A DNA stretch of 64,000 nucleotides from Polyangiaceae bacterium (GTDB taxonomy: Bacteria > Myxococcota_A > Polyangia > Polyangiales > Polyangiaceae): assembly GCA_044376115.1 (NCBI GenBank), contig JBILLK010000025.1, positions 64,001-128,000 on the forward strand. Direction: 5' to 3'. A program made the translations under genes and the position numbers. Every line of letters starts with the position of its first letter. Position 1 is the first letter of the stretch. The notes below the pieces were generated by a model. It did not search any database. It was not told the DNA's origin and saw nothing but the letters and a program-made list of their open reading frames with translations. Positions 53,106-62,469 of this stretch are shown here, piece after piece.

Positions 53106-55564
53106 ATGCGACCCGTCGACTTCCCTCGCGCCCAAGCCTCGCTTCTCGGGCGGAAGGGCGACCTCGAGCGAGCGCACCGCCGGCTTGCGGAGGGCGCTCG
53201 TTGCCTCACGTTGCGCGGCGCCGCAGGGATGGGCAAGACCCGGCTGGCGATGGCGTTGGCCTCGGAGCTACCTGCCGCGCGTATCCGCTGGGTCGATTTG
53301 GTCGGCAAGAAGACCGAAGAGGATGTCGCGCTAGCGGTGCTCTTTGCGCTCGGCAGTCGCGAAGGGGAGGACCTCGAGTCGATTCTCCATCGCACCATCC
53401 AGCAGGCTCAAGCGATGGTCCTCTTCCTCGATAACTGCGAGCAAGCTTGTGCGGTGCTCGCAGGCATGGTCGACCGGTTTCTGCGGACTTCGCCCGAACT
53501 CGTGGTGGTGGCCACGTCGCGGGTGGCACTTCGGCTCTCGTATGAATCGATGATTGAGGTCGGCCCGATCGAGTCGCTCGAGGAGGCTTGCGCGCTGTTC
53601 GAGCAACGGGCGATGGCTCGCAGGGGGCCGCTCACGGCGGCTGAGCGCCCGCTCGTCGCGGCGATCGTTTCGAGGTTGGAGCACATCCCACTGGCGATCG
53701 AGCTGGCTGCGGCGCGCACCGGGACGCTCTCGCTCGAGGACCTCGCCAAACGGCTGGAGCAGGACCTCTCGATCTTGGCCGACCGTGCGCGCGATCGACC
53801 CGAACGTCAGCGTGACTTCGTGGCCGCCGTCTCGTCCACCTTCCAGCTGCTCGAGCCTGCCTCGCGAGCCGCGTTGGCGAGGCTCGCGCTCTTTCGCGGC
53901 GGCTTCGATCTGGCGGGGGTCGAGGCCGTGCTGCAGTCGGTGCCAAACGCTGGTTCCTCGGCCATTCCGGGCGCGGGCGACGCCGCGGCGATCGTCGAGG
54001 ATTTAGCGCAGGCTTCGCTGATCTATCGGTTGGACGTAGACGGGCTCGTGCGCTTTCGCATGTACGAGTGCCTGCGGCAGTGCGCCCTCGAGGCGCTCTC
54101 AGGCTCCGAGCGAGCAGCGACGCTCGAGCGGATCGCTCGCTTCTTGGCAGAGACCGGCGCTGCGCTCTCCGATTGGACGGTGTCGCTCGATGAGCCGCGA
54201 ATTCGCGCTCTGCGAGCGGATCTCGAGAACTACCGTTCGCTTTGGACCCAGACGCAAGAGCAGCCTCAGCTCGTCAGCTGCTTCGTCCAGCTCGGCTGCG
54301 TTCTCGGGTCGATCTACCTAGCGCAAGGGCCACTCGTGGAATCGCTCCGTTTGCTGACCAAGACGGTGGAATTGGCTCGGCCACAGCGCGCCTCGATCCC
54401 TGACCCCTGTGGGGGGATCTACTTTGGAAACGCGGTCACCTCCGCGCTGTGGCGCGCGATCTCGCTGCCAGGGAGGATCTCGAGGAGGCCCTCGGCTGCT
54501 TTGCGCCAGCGGCCCAGGGGCCCGTGCTGCGCGCACTCTCGAACTTCGAGTGCGAGGCAGGTAACGCCGAGGCCGCGTTGCGGCAGGCCGAGCGGGCGCT
54601 CGAGCTCGCCGAGTCGAGCGGGGACAGCGCCGAGACTACGCTCAGCCTCTATCAGCTAGCGATGGCTCAGAAGGCGCTGCTCGCAGGTGAAGCTGCGCTG
54701 CGCTCGATCGATCGCGCGATCGAGATCGAAGAGGCCACCTACCCCGGCGTCACCGCCGCGATGTATCACGCTCTGCGCGGCGGGATCCTGGTCGAGCTGG
54801 GAGATTTCAGCGCCGCGGATCAGGCGCTCGCCGTCGCTGTGGGCGCCGTGTCGGCTCGCAAGGTTCGGATTTATACCGGCCGGTTTAGTGCGCAACAGGC
54901 GCTGTGCCGCTTCGAGGCTGGGCTCGACAGTTGTCGCGAGCCGCTCGCCATCGCTATCGATATCCTTTCGCCGGAGAACGATCTCGCGTGGTGCATCACG
55001 CTCAAGGTGATCGCGGCTGTGTTGACGCGGGATGAAGCGCCGCTCAGCGAGGCTCGAGCGCTGGAGAAGCGTGCGCGCGGCCTCGTGGCGCAGATCACGT
55101 CGGCGATCGTCGGGCTGGGTACCCAACTCTTTCGCGCCCAAGCTGGGGAGCGCTGCACGCCCCTGGAGCTTCCGCCGGCGGTCTGCGCCGACGAGCGTGT
55201 GCGTAGTTTGGCCCGCATGACTCGTGCCGCTGCGGTCCTCGAGCCCGAATTCGTGATTGCTGAAGATGCGATGTTCTTCGATTGGGGCGGGCAACGCGTG
55301 GAGCTCTCGCGACGTCCGCTCCTGCGTCGAATCCTGGCCGCGTTGGTGGAGGCCCACACGAATGGGCGCACGCACGTCTCGCGAACGCAGCTCGTGGCCG
55401 CAGCTTGGCCAGGTGAACGGCTGATACCCGAGTCCGCGTTCAATCGTCTGCGCGTCGCCGTTTCGGAGCTTCGCTCGCTCGGTTTGCGCGACGTAATTAC
55501 GGCGACCGCTGATGGCTACGCGCTGACGGCCCGCGCACCGATTCGTCTCGTCCGCCCGTCGTAG
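53106..55564 (+). pseudogene. STAND-type ATPase (AfsR/NB-ARC-like) + TPR + winged-HTH regulator, split by a frameshift near 54404-54416
   Basis: Frame 1 has GAAGMGKTRLA, LFLDNCEQ, ATSR and LEHIPLAIELAAAR; frame 2 continues with TPRs and WPGERL...NRLRVAVSELRSLG. Confidence 0.75.
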
Positions 55565-55578
55565 CTTCGACCGCGTCG

Positions 55579-56385
55579 CTACTTCTTTCCGTTGCTCTTT
55601 TTCTCGGCGCGGCGCCCTTCGATGATCTGGATGGTGAGGGTGCACATCTCGCGCCCCGGGTAGGAGCGGACGATGTGCTCACCCGACGGGGTGTCTTGCC
55701 ACACAGCTTCGGGAGCGTTTTGGGCGAGGGTGCGCGCCTCTGCGACCAACTCGGGCGTCTCGAGATCCACTACGGCGCGACACGCTCCCACGCGCGTGCT
55801 CGCCTCGGTCGAGGACAACCGCTCCTTCACCAACGTTACGGCCATCGGGTGCTTTTTGCGCGCAAGGTAGAGCAAGACCGCGGTCGACGGAGGTAACACC
55901 TCCGAGCCGGCGGCGAGCTCGGGCGAAAAATCGGGGCCTGCATCGTTGGCAGGGTGGACGAGGTCATCGATCCATTTAGCGACCGCCAAAAGCTCCTCGC
56001 GTTTCTTGGACAGCAACAGCGCGCGCAACGCCTTTTCACCTTCTGGCGTCTGCGCTCCACTCACGTTCACCTGGTTGTCGAAGCGCCACGGCCTGCCAGC
56101 GAACAGGTCCGCCCACTTGCCGCAGCTCTTGAGCTTGCGCTCGACGGCGTCCTCGACCTCGCGATCCTCGGCCCCGCCGCCCTGCGCTTGAAACGCGTAG
56201 GCGGCCTCGGGGAGCTCGGAACACGCGGCTGCTTCGATTCGCTCCTTCGCCGTGGGGCAGCCTGGCTCTCCGCGAGTGCAGGTCTCCGGCGACGCTTCGG
56301 TCGAGCGCGCCTGCGACCCAATGGGGAACAGCCCACAGTTGAGTTGAAAGAGCGTGATGAGGATTGGAAAGAGCCTGCGGCTCAC
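55579..56385 (-). CDS. Hypothetical lipoprotein with HEAT-like helices
   Basis: Lipobox-like QLNC; TRVGACRAVVDL. Confidence 0.55.
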   Translation of the reverse strand: MSRRLFPILITLFQLNCGLFPIGSQARSTEASPETCTRGEPGCPTAKERIEAAACSELPEAAYAFQAQGGGAEDREVEDAVERKLKSCGKWADLFAGRPWRFDNQVNVSGAQTPEGEKALRALLLSKKREELLAVAKWIDDLVHPANDAGPDFSPELAAGSEVLPPSTAVLLYLARKKHPMAVTLVKERLSSTEASTRVGACRAVVDLETPELVAEARTLAQNAPEAVWQDTPSGEHIVRSYPGREMCTLTIQIIEGRRAEKKSNGKK

Positions 56386-56494
56386 AGCCAGCGTTTACGT
56401 CGACAACCGCGGCGGCGCACCATCAATCACCGGTCTCGCGCTCGTGGGCGGGACCCTCTGGCCTTCGTGAAGGGCGTGTAGCAAGCTGCTGGCG

Positions 56495-56950
56495 ATGACC
56501 AGTGACGAGCTCGTCTTTACGCTTTGCAACAACGGCGTGATCCCTTTTTGGGCGCTGCTGGTGTTTGCCCCGCGCTGGGCGTGGACGCGGCGGCTCGTGC
56601 ATTCCGGCTTGTTCGCCGTGCTCCTGGTACCGGCCTACGCCATCATGCTCTGGTCGGATTCACCCGGCCCGCAAGGCGCCCACTTTTTTAGCCTCGACGG
56701 CGTGATGCACATCTTCACGACGCCGCGCACCGTGGTCGCCTGCTGGATCCACTACCTGGTGTTCGATCTGTTCGTCGGGGCCTGGGAGGCTCGTGACGCA
56801 CAACGCTCCGGGGTGCCGCATTTGCTGCTGGTTCCGTGTTTGTTGCTGACCCTGATGTTTGGTCCGGTCGGCCTCGGCCTTTACTTGGTGGCGCGTTATT
56901 GGCGCGCACGCACAACGACGCTGGTCGAAGTGGCGGACGGGGCCAGCTAG
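56495..56950 (+). CDS. ABA4-like (DUF4281) membrane protein
   Basis: WALLVFAPRW, WIHYLVFDLFVGAW and LTLMFGPVGLGLY motifs. Confidence 0.9.
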   Translation: MTSDELVFTLCNNGVIPFWALLVFAPRWAWTRRLVHSGLFAVLLVPAYAIMLWSDSPGPQGAHFFSLDGVMHIFTTPRTVVACWIHYLVFDLFVGAWEARDAQRSGVPHLLLVPCLLLTLMFGPVGLGLYLVARYWRARTTTLVEVADGAS

Positions 56951-56963
56951 TCGGGGCCGCCCC

Positions 56964-57347
56964 TCAACGCAGATCTTTGTAGCCACCAGCGTTGACCACG
57001 TTGCTGAAGCCAGCCTTCTCGAGCGTGGTTTTGGCTCGGCCGGCGCGCCCGCCGGAGGCACAATAAACGACGACCGGTTTGCTCTTGTCCCCGCCGACTT
57101 TGCTGGCGATCTCGGCGAGCTTGCCCTCGACCTCGTCGACCGGGATGTTCTCGGCGCGATCGAGGTGCCCCGTTGCGAACTCCTCGGCGCTGCGAACGTC
57201 CAGCAGGAGAGCCGCTGCTGCCACCGCCTGTTTCGGCGTGGGTTGGGCTTGACCACTGGCTGCACCCTCGCTCGCGTTGCTTGAACAGCCGAGGGCGCTA
57301 AAGCAAAGAGAGGCGGCGACCAGCAAGCGCGCGACGGGAAAGTGCAT
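56964..57347 (-). CDS. Rhodanese-domain lipoprotein
   Basis: LLDVRSAEEFATGH, VVYCASGGRA and NAGGY motifs. Confidence 0.92.
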   Translation of the reverse strand: MHFPVARLLVAASLCFSALGCSSNASEGAASGQAQPTPKQAVAAAALLLDVRSAEEFATGHLDRAENIPVDEVEGKLAEIASKVGGDKSKPVVVYCASGGRAGRAKTTLEKAGFSNVVNAGGYKDLR

Positions 57348-57408
57348 GCTCGTGCCTTAGTCGATTTGTCGCGACCTGTCCCGGCCCAAGCCGCACGCGG
57401 CGCTGTTG

Positions 57409-58467
57409 CTAACTCCCGACCAGAATGGCGGCCCGCTCGCCACTGTCACTACCGCCGAGCAACAGGCCGAACGGTGCAGGTGCGTAACCGCGGCGAAACA
57501 TGTCGGCGGCCAGGACCAGCCCGAGCGGTAACGACGCTGCTCCGAGCGAGCCGATGCGTTGGGCGGGGCTGTCGATCGAGAAGGGCGCGATGAACTGCGA
57601 CTCGGTGCGGGTGATGGCGGCAAAGAGCTCGCGCGAACGGTGGAGCTCGGTGCCGACGTCGGTGATGGCGAAGCCAACCTTCAGTTCGTCGGCGAGCGTT
57701 TGCGTGGCCTGCTCAATCGCGCTCGCGAGCGCCGTGTCGGCGTATACGCTTTGATCGTTGTGCGGGGAGATCTGGCCGGTGGCGCCGCCGAGCCCGTAGA
57801 TGCCGAGCGTCGGCTGGAGGCCGATTTGTGCGTCGAAGTCGGCTCGCGCGATCAGCGTCAAGGCCGCCGCTTCACCGGGTAGCACTGCGTCCAGGTTGTC
57901 GAGTGAGAACAGCCGACCTGCGCCGATCAGGCTCTGAATGCGCGCGGGATCGTAGTCGGAGTGCACGCCGCCGACGATCAGTGCATCGACGCGGCGCGCC
58001 GCTAGCGCAGCCAGCGCATCCTCGAGCAGCGCTCCCAGCCCAGCGCCACCGCCCGAGCCATTGGGCGGTGAGAAGCGAACGTCGATGTCACCGAGAGCGT
58101 TGCGCAAGAGCGCGGTGAGCCGCGACTTGAGCAGCGTCTGCTCCCGCTCATTTGCGACCTCCGGTAGCGCAATCGCCGCGCGCAGCTTGAGATCGCGCAG
58201 GCGAACGGGCTTGGGTGCCGTGCGCGCGGCCGCCTCGAGCTCGAGCAGCGCCGCTCCGAGCAAGACCTCCATTCGTTCATCACCGAACAGCGAAGGGCTC
58301 AGCGTGCGATCGAAGGCCATGGTGATGCTGGTGTGAGCGTCCTCGCCCGCGAGCGGTGCCGCTCCTATGGCGGAAGCGCCAGTTCGCAAGAGCAACGCGG
58401 TTTCGATCGCGTTCGTCCCGAGCGCGGTGCGCGCGCCCACCAGGAACAGGTTGCCGAGCCGTTTCAT
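57409..58467 (-). CDS. Thiolase/ketoacyl-synthase-like T6SS accessory protein (PRK06147-like)
   Basis: GARTALG, LIVGGVHS, PGEAAA and SPAQRIGSLGAAS motifs; ATGA-coupled to DUF2169. Confidence 0.8.
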   Translation of the reverse strand: MKRLGNLFLVGARTALGTNAIETALLLRTGASAIGAAPLAGEDAHTSITMAFDRTLSPSLFGDERMEVLLGAALLELEAAARTAPKPVRLRDLKLRAAIALPEVANEREQTLLKSRLTALLRNALGDIDVRFSPPNGSGGGAGLGALLEDALAALAARRVDALIVGGVHSDYDPARIQSLIGAGRLFSLDNLDAVLPGEAAALTLIARADFDAQIGLQPTLGIYGLGGATGQISPHNDQSVYADTALASAIEQATQTLADELKVGFAITDVGTELHRSRELFAAITRTESQFIAPFSIDSPAQRIGSLGAASLPLGLVLAADMFRRGYAPAPFGLLLGGSDSGERAAILVGS

Positions 58468-59546
58468 GCGCCTCGCTTTTCAAGCACGGTGATGGTTGCG
58501 TCGGAAGGCTTACGTGGTGCAGGCACCGAGACGCGCTGCACCAGCTCGAGCACCATCGAGGTGAGCGGCGGCCCGACCGGCTTGCCCGCCGCGTCGCGCG
58601 CCGTGGGTAAGAAGCGGGTATCGATGATCACGGTGTCGATGAAGGGCGTGAAGGAGACCGGCTCGCGGCCTTTTACGCGCACGGTGAAGTGCGTGTTGAT
58701 GCGAGGCAGCACGAAGGCGGTGGTGCCACCGCCGGCCACCAAATTGCTAAGCGCTCCTTCTTCACCACCCGCGATCGGCGGGACGTGGATCAGCTCGGGC
58801 GTCGCTGCGAAGTTCGCCCGCTCGTCGAAATCGCGCGGGGGCAGCGGCGCGCGGCTCTTGAGCCAAGCCGCGTCGTGCGTACCCCAGCGTGCGCGCCGTG
58901 GTTCCCAGTGTCTACCGATCACTCCGAGGCCGGCCGGCTTGGGGCGGCTGCGCGCGTCTTTCACCGGGTCGAGCGGATCTTCGATCTGCGGTGCCGGCGA
59001 GCCATCCAGCGACTTGGGTTCGATCGCGACGCCCAGACCCACCGGGTTGCGGGCGTCTTCGACGAAGGTCTCTTCATTGCTGTCACTACCCCCAAAGGCG
59101 AAGTCGTAACGCACGTCGATCGCTTGCGCCGAACGCGGCTTGGTAACGGTGTCTCCCGAGCCGGCGAACACACGCGGCCCGGTGATGCGCACGACCTTCT
59201 GCACGCGACCCAAGCGGACCCCGGCGTCAAAGGTTGGCACCGGCTCGCCGCTTGGTGGGTAAGCGCGGCCGACCACGATGATGTCGGTTCCGGGCTTGTG
59301 GACGCACAGATCCGATGGGTAGGCGATGCTACTTTTTTCGGGCTCACCCCAGGGGATGTCCGCAGCGCGGATGCCGCGCCGACGGGCGAGTGGCGCACAC
59401 TCGAAGGAGCCATCGCGCCCGCGCGGTTGGCCGGGCACGAGTTCGAAGGTGGCCTTGAGGATCGCTACCAGCCGTTCGCCGTCACCGTCGACGAGGGTGT
59501 GCGGTTCGACGATGAAGTCCGTCTCGTTCTCAACCTTGGGCAGCAT
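58464..59546 (-). CDS. DUF2169 family T6SS accessory protein
   Basis: ILKATF, SDLCVHKPGTDIIVVG, FAFGG, NPVGLG, WEPRRARWGT and PLPPRDFD motifs. Confidence 0.92.
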   Translation of the reverse strand: MLPKVENETDFIVEPHTLVDGDGERLVAILKATFELVPGQPRGRDGSFECAPLARRRGIRAADIPWGEPEKSSIAYPSDLCVHKPGTDIIVVGRAYPPSGEPVPTFDAGVRLGRVQKVVRITGPRVFAGSGDTVTKPRSAQAIDVRYDFAFGGSDSNEETFVEDARNPVGLGVAIEPKSLDGSPAPQIEDPLDPVKDARSRPKPAGLGVIGRHWEPRRARWGTHDAAWLKSRAPLPPRDFDERANFAATPELIHVPPIAGGEEGALSNLVAGGGTTAFVLPRINTHFTVRVKGREPVSFTPFIDTVIIDTRFLPTARDAAGKPVGPPLTSMVLELVQRVSVPAPRKPSDATITVLEKRGA

Positions 59547-59549
59547 CGC

Positions 59550-62459
59550 TCAGTTCTCAGCGACCGTACCGGTCATCAGGATCTTGCCGCAGGTGATGGT
59601 CACCAGCGCGCCCTTGATGGTTACACCGCTGCCGTCGATCACCACCTCACTCTCACCACACTTGAGCGTGACGGCGGTCTTCGCCTCGAGCTTATGGAAG
59701 GCGCCGATGAAGGTGGCTGAAGAGCCGCCGGTGATGCTGTAGCCGCCCTTGACCTTGTCGTAGACGAGGCCGCCCACCATGTTGGTCATCGCGCCCGTGG
59801 AGGATTCGCTGTCGTCGGCTTTGGTGAAGGTGAGCTTGCCGAGCGCGGTGAGCGTTTTGTTGCCGCCGATCGCGATCGATTCATCGGCCAGGACCGCGGT
59901 GAGCTTGGCCAGCCCGATCGTCTCATTCAAGTTGCCGGCGATCTCGTCGTGAACCTCGAGCAAGGCCGCTTGAACGCGCAACGCGCCCACGGTCTCGGTG
60001 TAGGAACCGTCGACTTTGTGCGTACTGTGACCTGGCCCTTTGGTGCGGTCGGTGCGATCGAGCCCGGCCACGTTACCGTCCGGACCTTCGAGGTTGGCTA
60101 GGTTATCGCTACCACCGCCGTCGCTGTTGAAGCCGAGCGCCTCACCGAGCGCCGCAGAACCAGCGCGGATGCCCGTGTCGATCGCGCTGTCTACCGCGTC
60201 GTTCAGGCCGACCATGCCGGTGAAGTCGGTTGGCTCGCCGCCCTCTTGCTCGGTCTCTTCGACCTCGCGGCCTTCACCTTCACCGCCGCCCTCGCCACCA
60301 GCCTCCGCGCCGTCGGCCCCGGCGCCTTCGCCCTCGCCGCCACCACCGGCTTCATCGCCGCCAGCGGCCCCGGCCTCCGCGCTCTCCTCACCGCCGAAGC
60401 CCGGCGGCATCGGAATATTGGCTGCGTCCTCGAGCACCCCCGGGATCGCTCCGATGTCGCCGTTGGCAACGGCTTCCATCCCGCTGGCGACTTGCTCCAC
60501 GCCAGCGATGGTGTCGGCGTAGGGCGCCATCGCTTGATCCACGCGGGCCTGGATCGCCCCATTGATGCGATCCATTTGTTGGGCAGCGGCGGCCTGCGCT
60601 GCATCGATCACGACCTCGGTGGCGATCGCCAGCAGCGCCTCGAGCGGATTGCCATCCATCTCGAAATGCGCGCCACCCACGCTGGTGGAGCTACTGCCTG
60701 CGACGGTGAGTCCGGCAACAGCGTTCACTTCGCTATTGCGGTTGCCGGACACCGTCACCGAACGGTTGCCGCTGACCGTCAGCTCGGCGCCCATCGTGAT
60801 CTTGGTGGTGGCGTTGGCACCGACGTCGATGGTCTCGTTGCCGCCCACCACCCGCGTCACGTTGTTGCCCACGGTGGACTGCTTGTTGTTGGCGGTGGCG
60901 ATGGTCTGGTTGTGCTGAGCATGGACCATCACTTCCTCGCCGCCTTTGCGATCCTCGAGCCGAATCGAGTTGGAGCCCCCACCGCCTGGGGAGGAGTTGG
61001 ACGAGAAGGCCGTGCGCGTTGCACCCTCGGGCAGGGCGTAGGGCGGCATGAAAAGGCCGTTGTAGAGCTTACCGGTGACGAGCGGGCGGTCCGGATTGCC
61101 CTCTAAGAACTCGACCACGACCTCCCAACCGATGCGCGGCAGCGCGAGCGAGCCGGAGGTCTGCAGCTGCGCCGTGCGGATCCAACAGGAGGACTTCTCG
61201 TCGGTGATGCCGGCGAGGTCCCAGTGGAAACGCACCTTGCAGCGCGCGTACTCGTCGGTGTGGATCGCCTCGATGCTCGAGCCGGCTGGAGCTGTGACCG
61301 TCGCCGTTTGCGGACCGTGCACCACTGGACGCGGGGTGGTTTGGCGGGTGCGATAGGGGACCTCCACCGGGATGGCGTGAACGATGGCCACGTAGCCGGA
61401 GGGCGTCTTGCTCTCACTCGCGCCGAAGGCGTCGCGACCCCACTCGGCGTTTTTTCTCTGGCCAAACAGATGACGGACTTTGGTGACGAGCTGCGTACCG
61501 GAGCGATCATCCTCCAGCTCGAACTCGGTGAGCTTGAAGGTCGTCCCGGCGTAGAGCCGCGCGCATTCAGCTATCACCTCCAGCGTCTCGCGCTCGGCCT
61601 GCTCCGACTCGAGCCGCACCCGCGCGAAGACTTCTCCGACCGCTTTATCGACGAACAGGCCGGGGTAGTCATAGCGCTCGAGATCGCTGTCCTGCTCGGC
61701 GCTGGCTGCCGCGGTCAGATCGAATTGGGGGCGCTTGAAGTCGTAGTCGCGGAGCGTGAACGTGCCCGATTGGATGGCCGCTCGTTCGCGTAGCGCGAAG
61801 ATCGCGTCACCCTCGACGGCGAGCCCGGTCTGACCGCGCATCGGTAAGTCGGCGGCACCTTCGATCGACGGGGCGTTCGGGCTGTCATCCGAAAAGACGA
61901 TGAAGTCTTGTCCGTCCTCGACCACCGAGCGGAAGAAAATGCCTTCCTCCTCGAGCAATCGCGAAACGAAGGCCAGCGAACTCTCGAAGTATTGCACGCA
62001 GTATTCGCGCTTCGCGTAGCTGCCTGCGAGCTGCCATCGCTGACGGTTTTTGGGGATTCCGCAGCTCGTCAGTACCTCGGTGACGATCTCGTCGACCGAC
62101 TTGTCCTGGAAGATTTGCGCGGTGACCGTGCCGGCCAACAGGCCCAGCTGGGAGACCACGCGAAAGCGCGCGGCGTGTGCGGCGCCACTGCCGTCGGCCG
62201 CGGTTGCGCCGGTGAGCGCAGAGCCGATCACCGTCACTTGCTCTACGATACCGAGGAAGGTGTGCTCCTCCTCTTGGCCCACGCCGAAGGAGAAGAAGGC
62301 CGACAGCCCCAGCGCGTTTTCGCTGGTGATCGCGCTGGCGAAGCGCACCTCGATCTCGAGCGCCGTTGGCCTTCCGAGCTCCTCGCAGAGTTCGAAGCCA
62401 GCCACGCTGTCGGCCACCACCGTATCGATTTGAAAGAAGCAGTTCAGCTTGCGGTCCAT
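59550..62459 (-). CDS. vgrG: Type VI secretion tip protein VgrG with an acidic/helical insertion
   Basis: CVQYFESSLAFVSRLLEEEGI, GPQTATV, SSCWIR, PRIGWEVVVEFLEGNPDRP and gp5 repeats. Confidence 0.95.
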   Translation of the reverse strand: MDRKLNCFFQIDTVVADSVAGFELCEELGRPTALEIEVRFASAITSENALGLSAFFSFGVGQEEEHTFLGIVEQVTVIGSALTGATAADGSGAAHAARFRVVSQLGLLAGTVTAQIFQDKSVDEIVTEVLTSCGIPKNRQRWQLAGSYAKREYCVQYFESSLAFVSRLLEEEGIFFRSVVEDGQDFIVFSDDSPNAPSIEGAADLPMRGQTGLAVEGDAIFALRERAAIQSGTFTLRDYDFKRPQFDLTAAASAEQDSDLERYDYPGLFVDKAVGEVFARVRLESEQAERETLEVIAECARLYAGTTFKLTEFELEDDRSGTQLVTKVRHLFGQRKNAEWGRDAFGASESKTPSGYVAIVHAIPVEVPYRTRQTTPRPVVHGPQTATVTAPAGSSIEAIHTDEYARCKVRFHWDLAGITDEKSSCWIRTAQLQTSGSLALPRIGWEVVVEFLEGNPDRPLVTGKLYNGLFMPPYALPEGATRTAFSSNSSPGGGGSNSIRLEDRKGGEEVMVHAQHNQTIATANNKQSTVGNNVTRVVGGNETIDVGANATTKITMGAELTVSGNRSVTVSGNRNSEVNAVAGLTVAGSSSTSVGGAHFEMDGNPLEALLAIATEVVIDAAQAAAAQQMDRINGAIQARVDQAMAPYADTIAGVEQVASGMEAVANGDIGAIPGVLEDAANIPMPPGFGGEESAEAGAAGGDEAGGGGEGEGAGADGAEAGGEGGGEGEGREVEETEQEGGEPTDFTGMVGLNDAVDSAIDTGIRAGSAALGEALGFNSDGGGSDNLANLEGPDGNVAGLDRTDRTKGPGHSTHKVDGSYTETVGALRVQAALLEVHDEIAGNLNETIGLAKLTAVLADESIAIGGNKTLTALGKLTFTKADDSESSTGAMTNMVGGLVYDKVKGGYSITGGSSATFIGAFHKLEAKTAVTLKCGESEVVIDGSGVTIKGALVTITCGKILMTGTVAEN

Positions 62460-62469
62460 GGTGCGCCTC

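Noticed and set aside
57409..58467. Fatty-acid or polyketide biosynthetic ketosynthase
   Set aside because: No catalytic Cys at the expected site, and the context is DUF2169/vgrG rather than a biosynthetic cluster.
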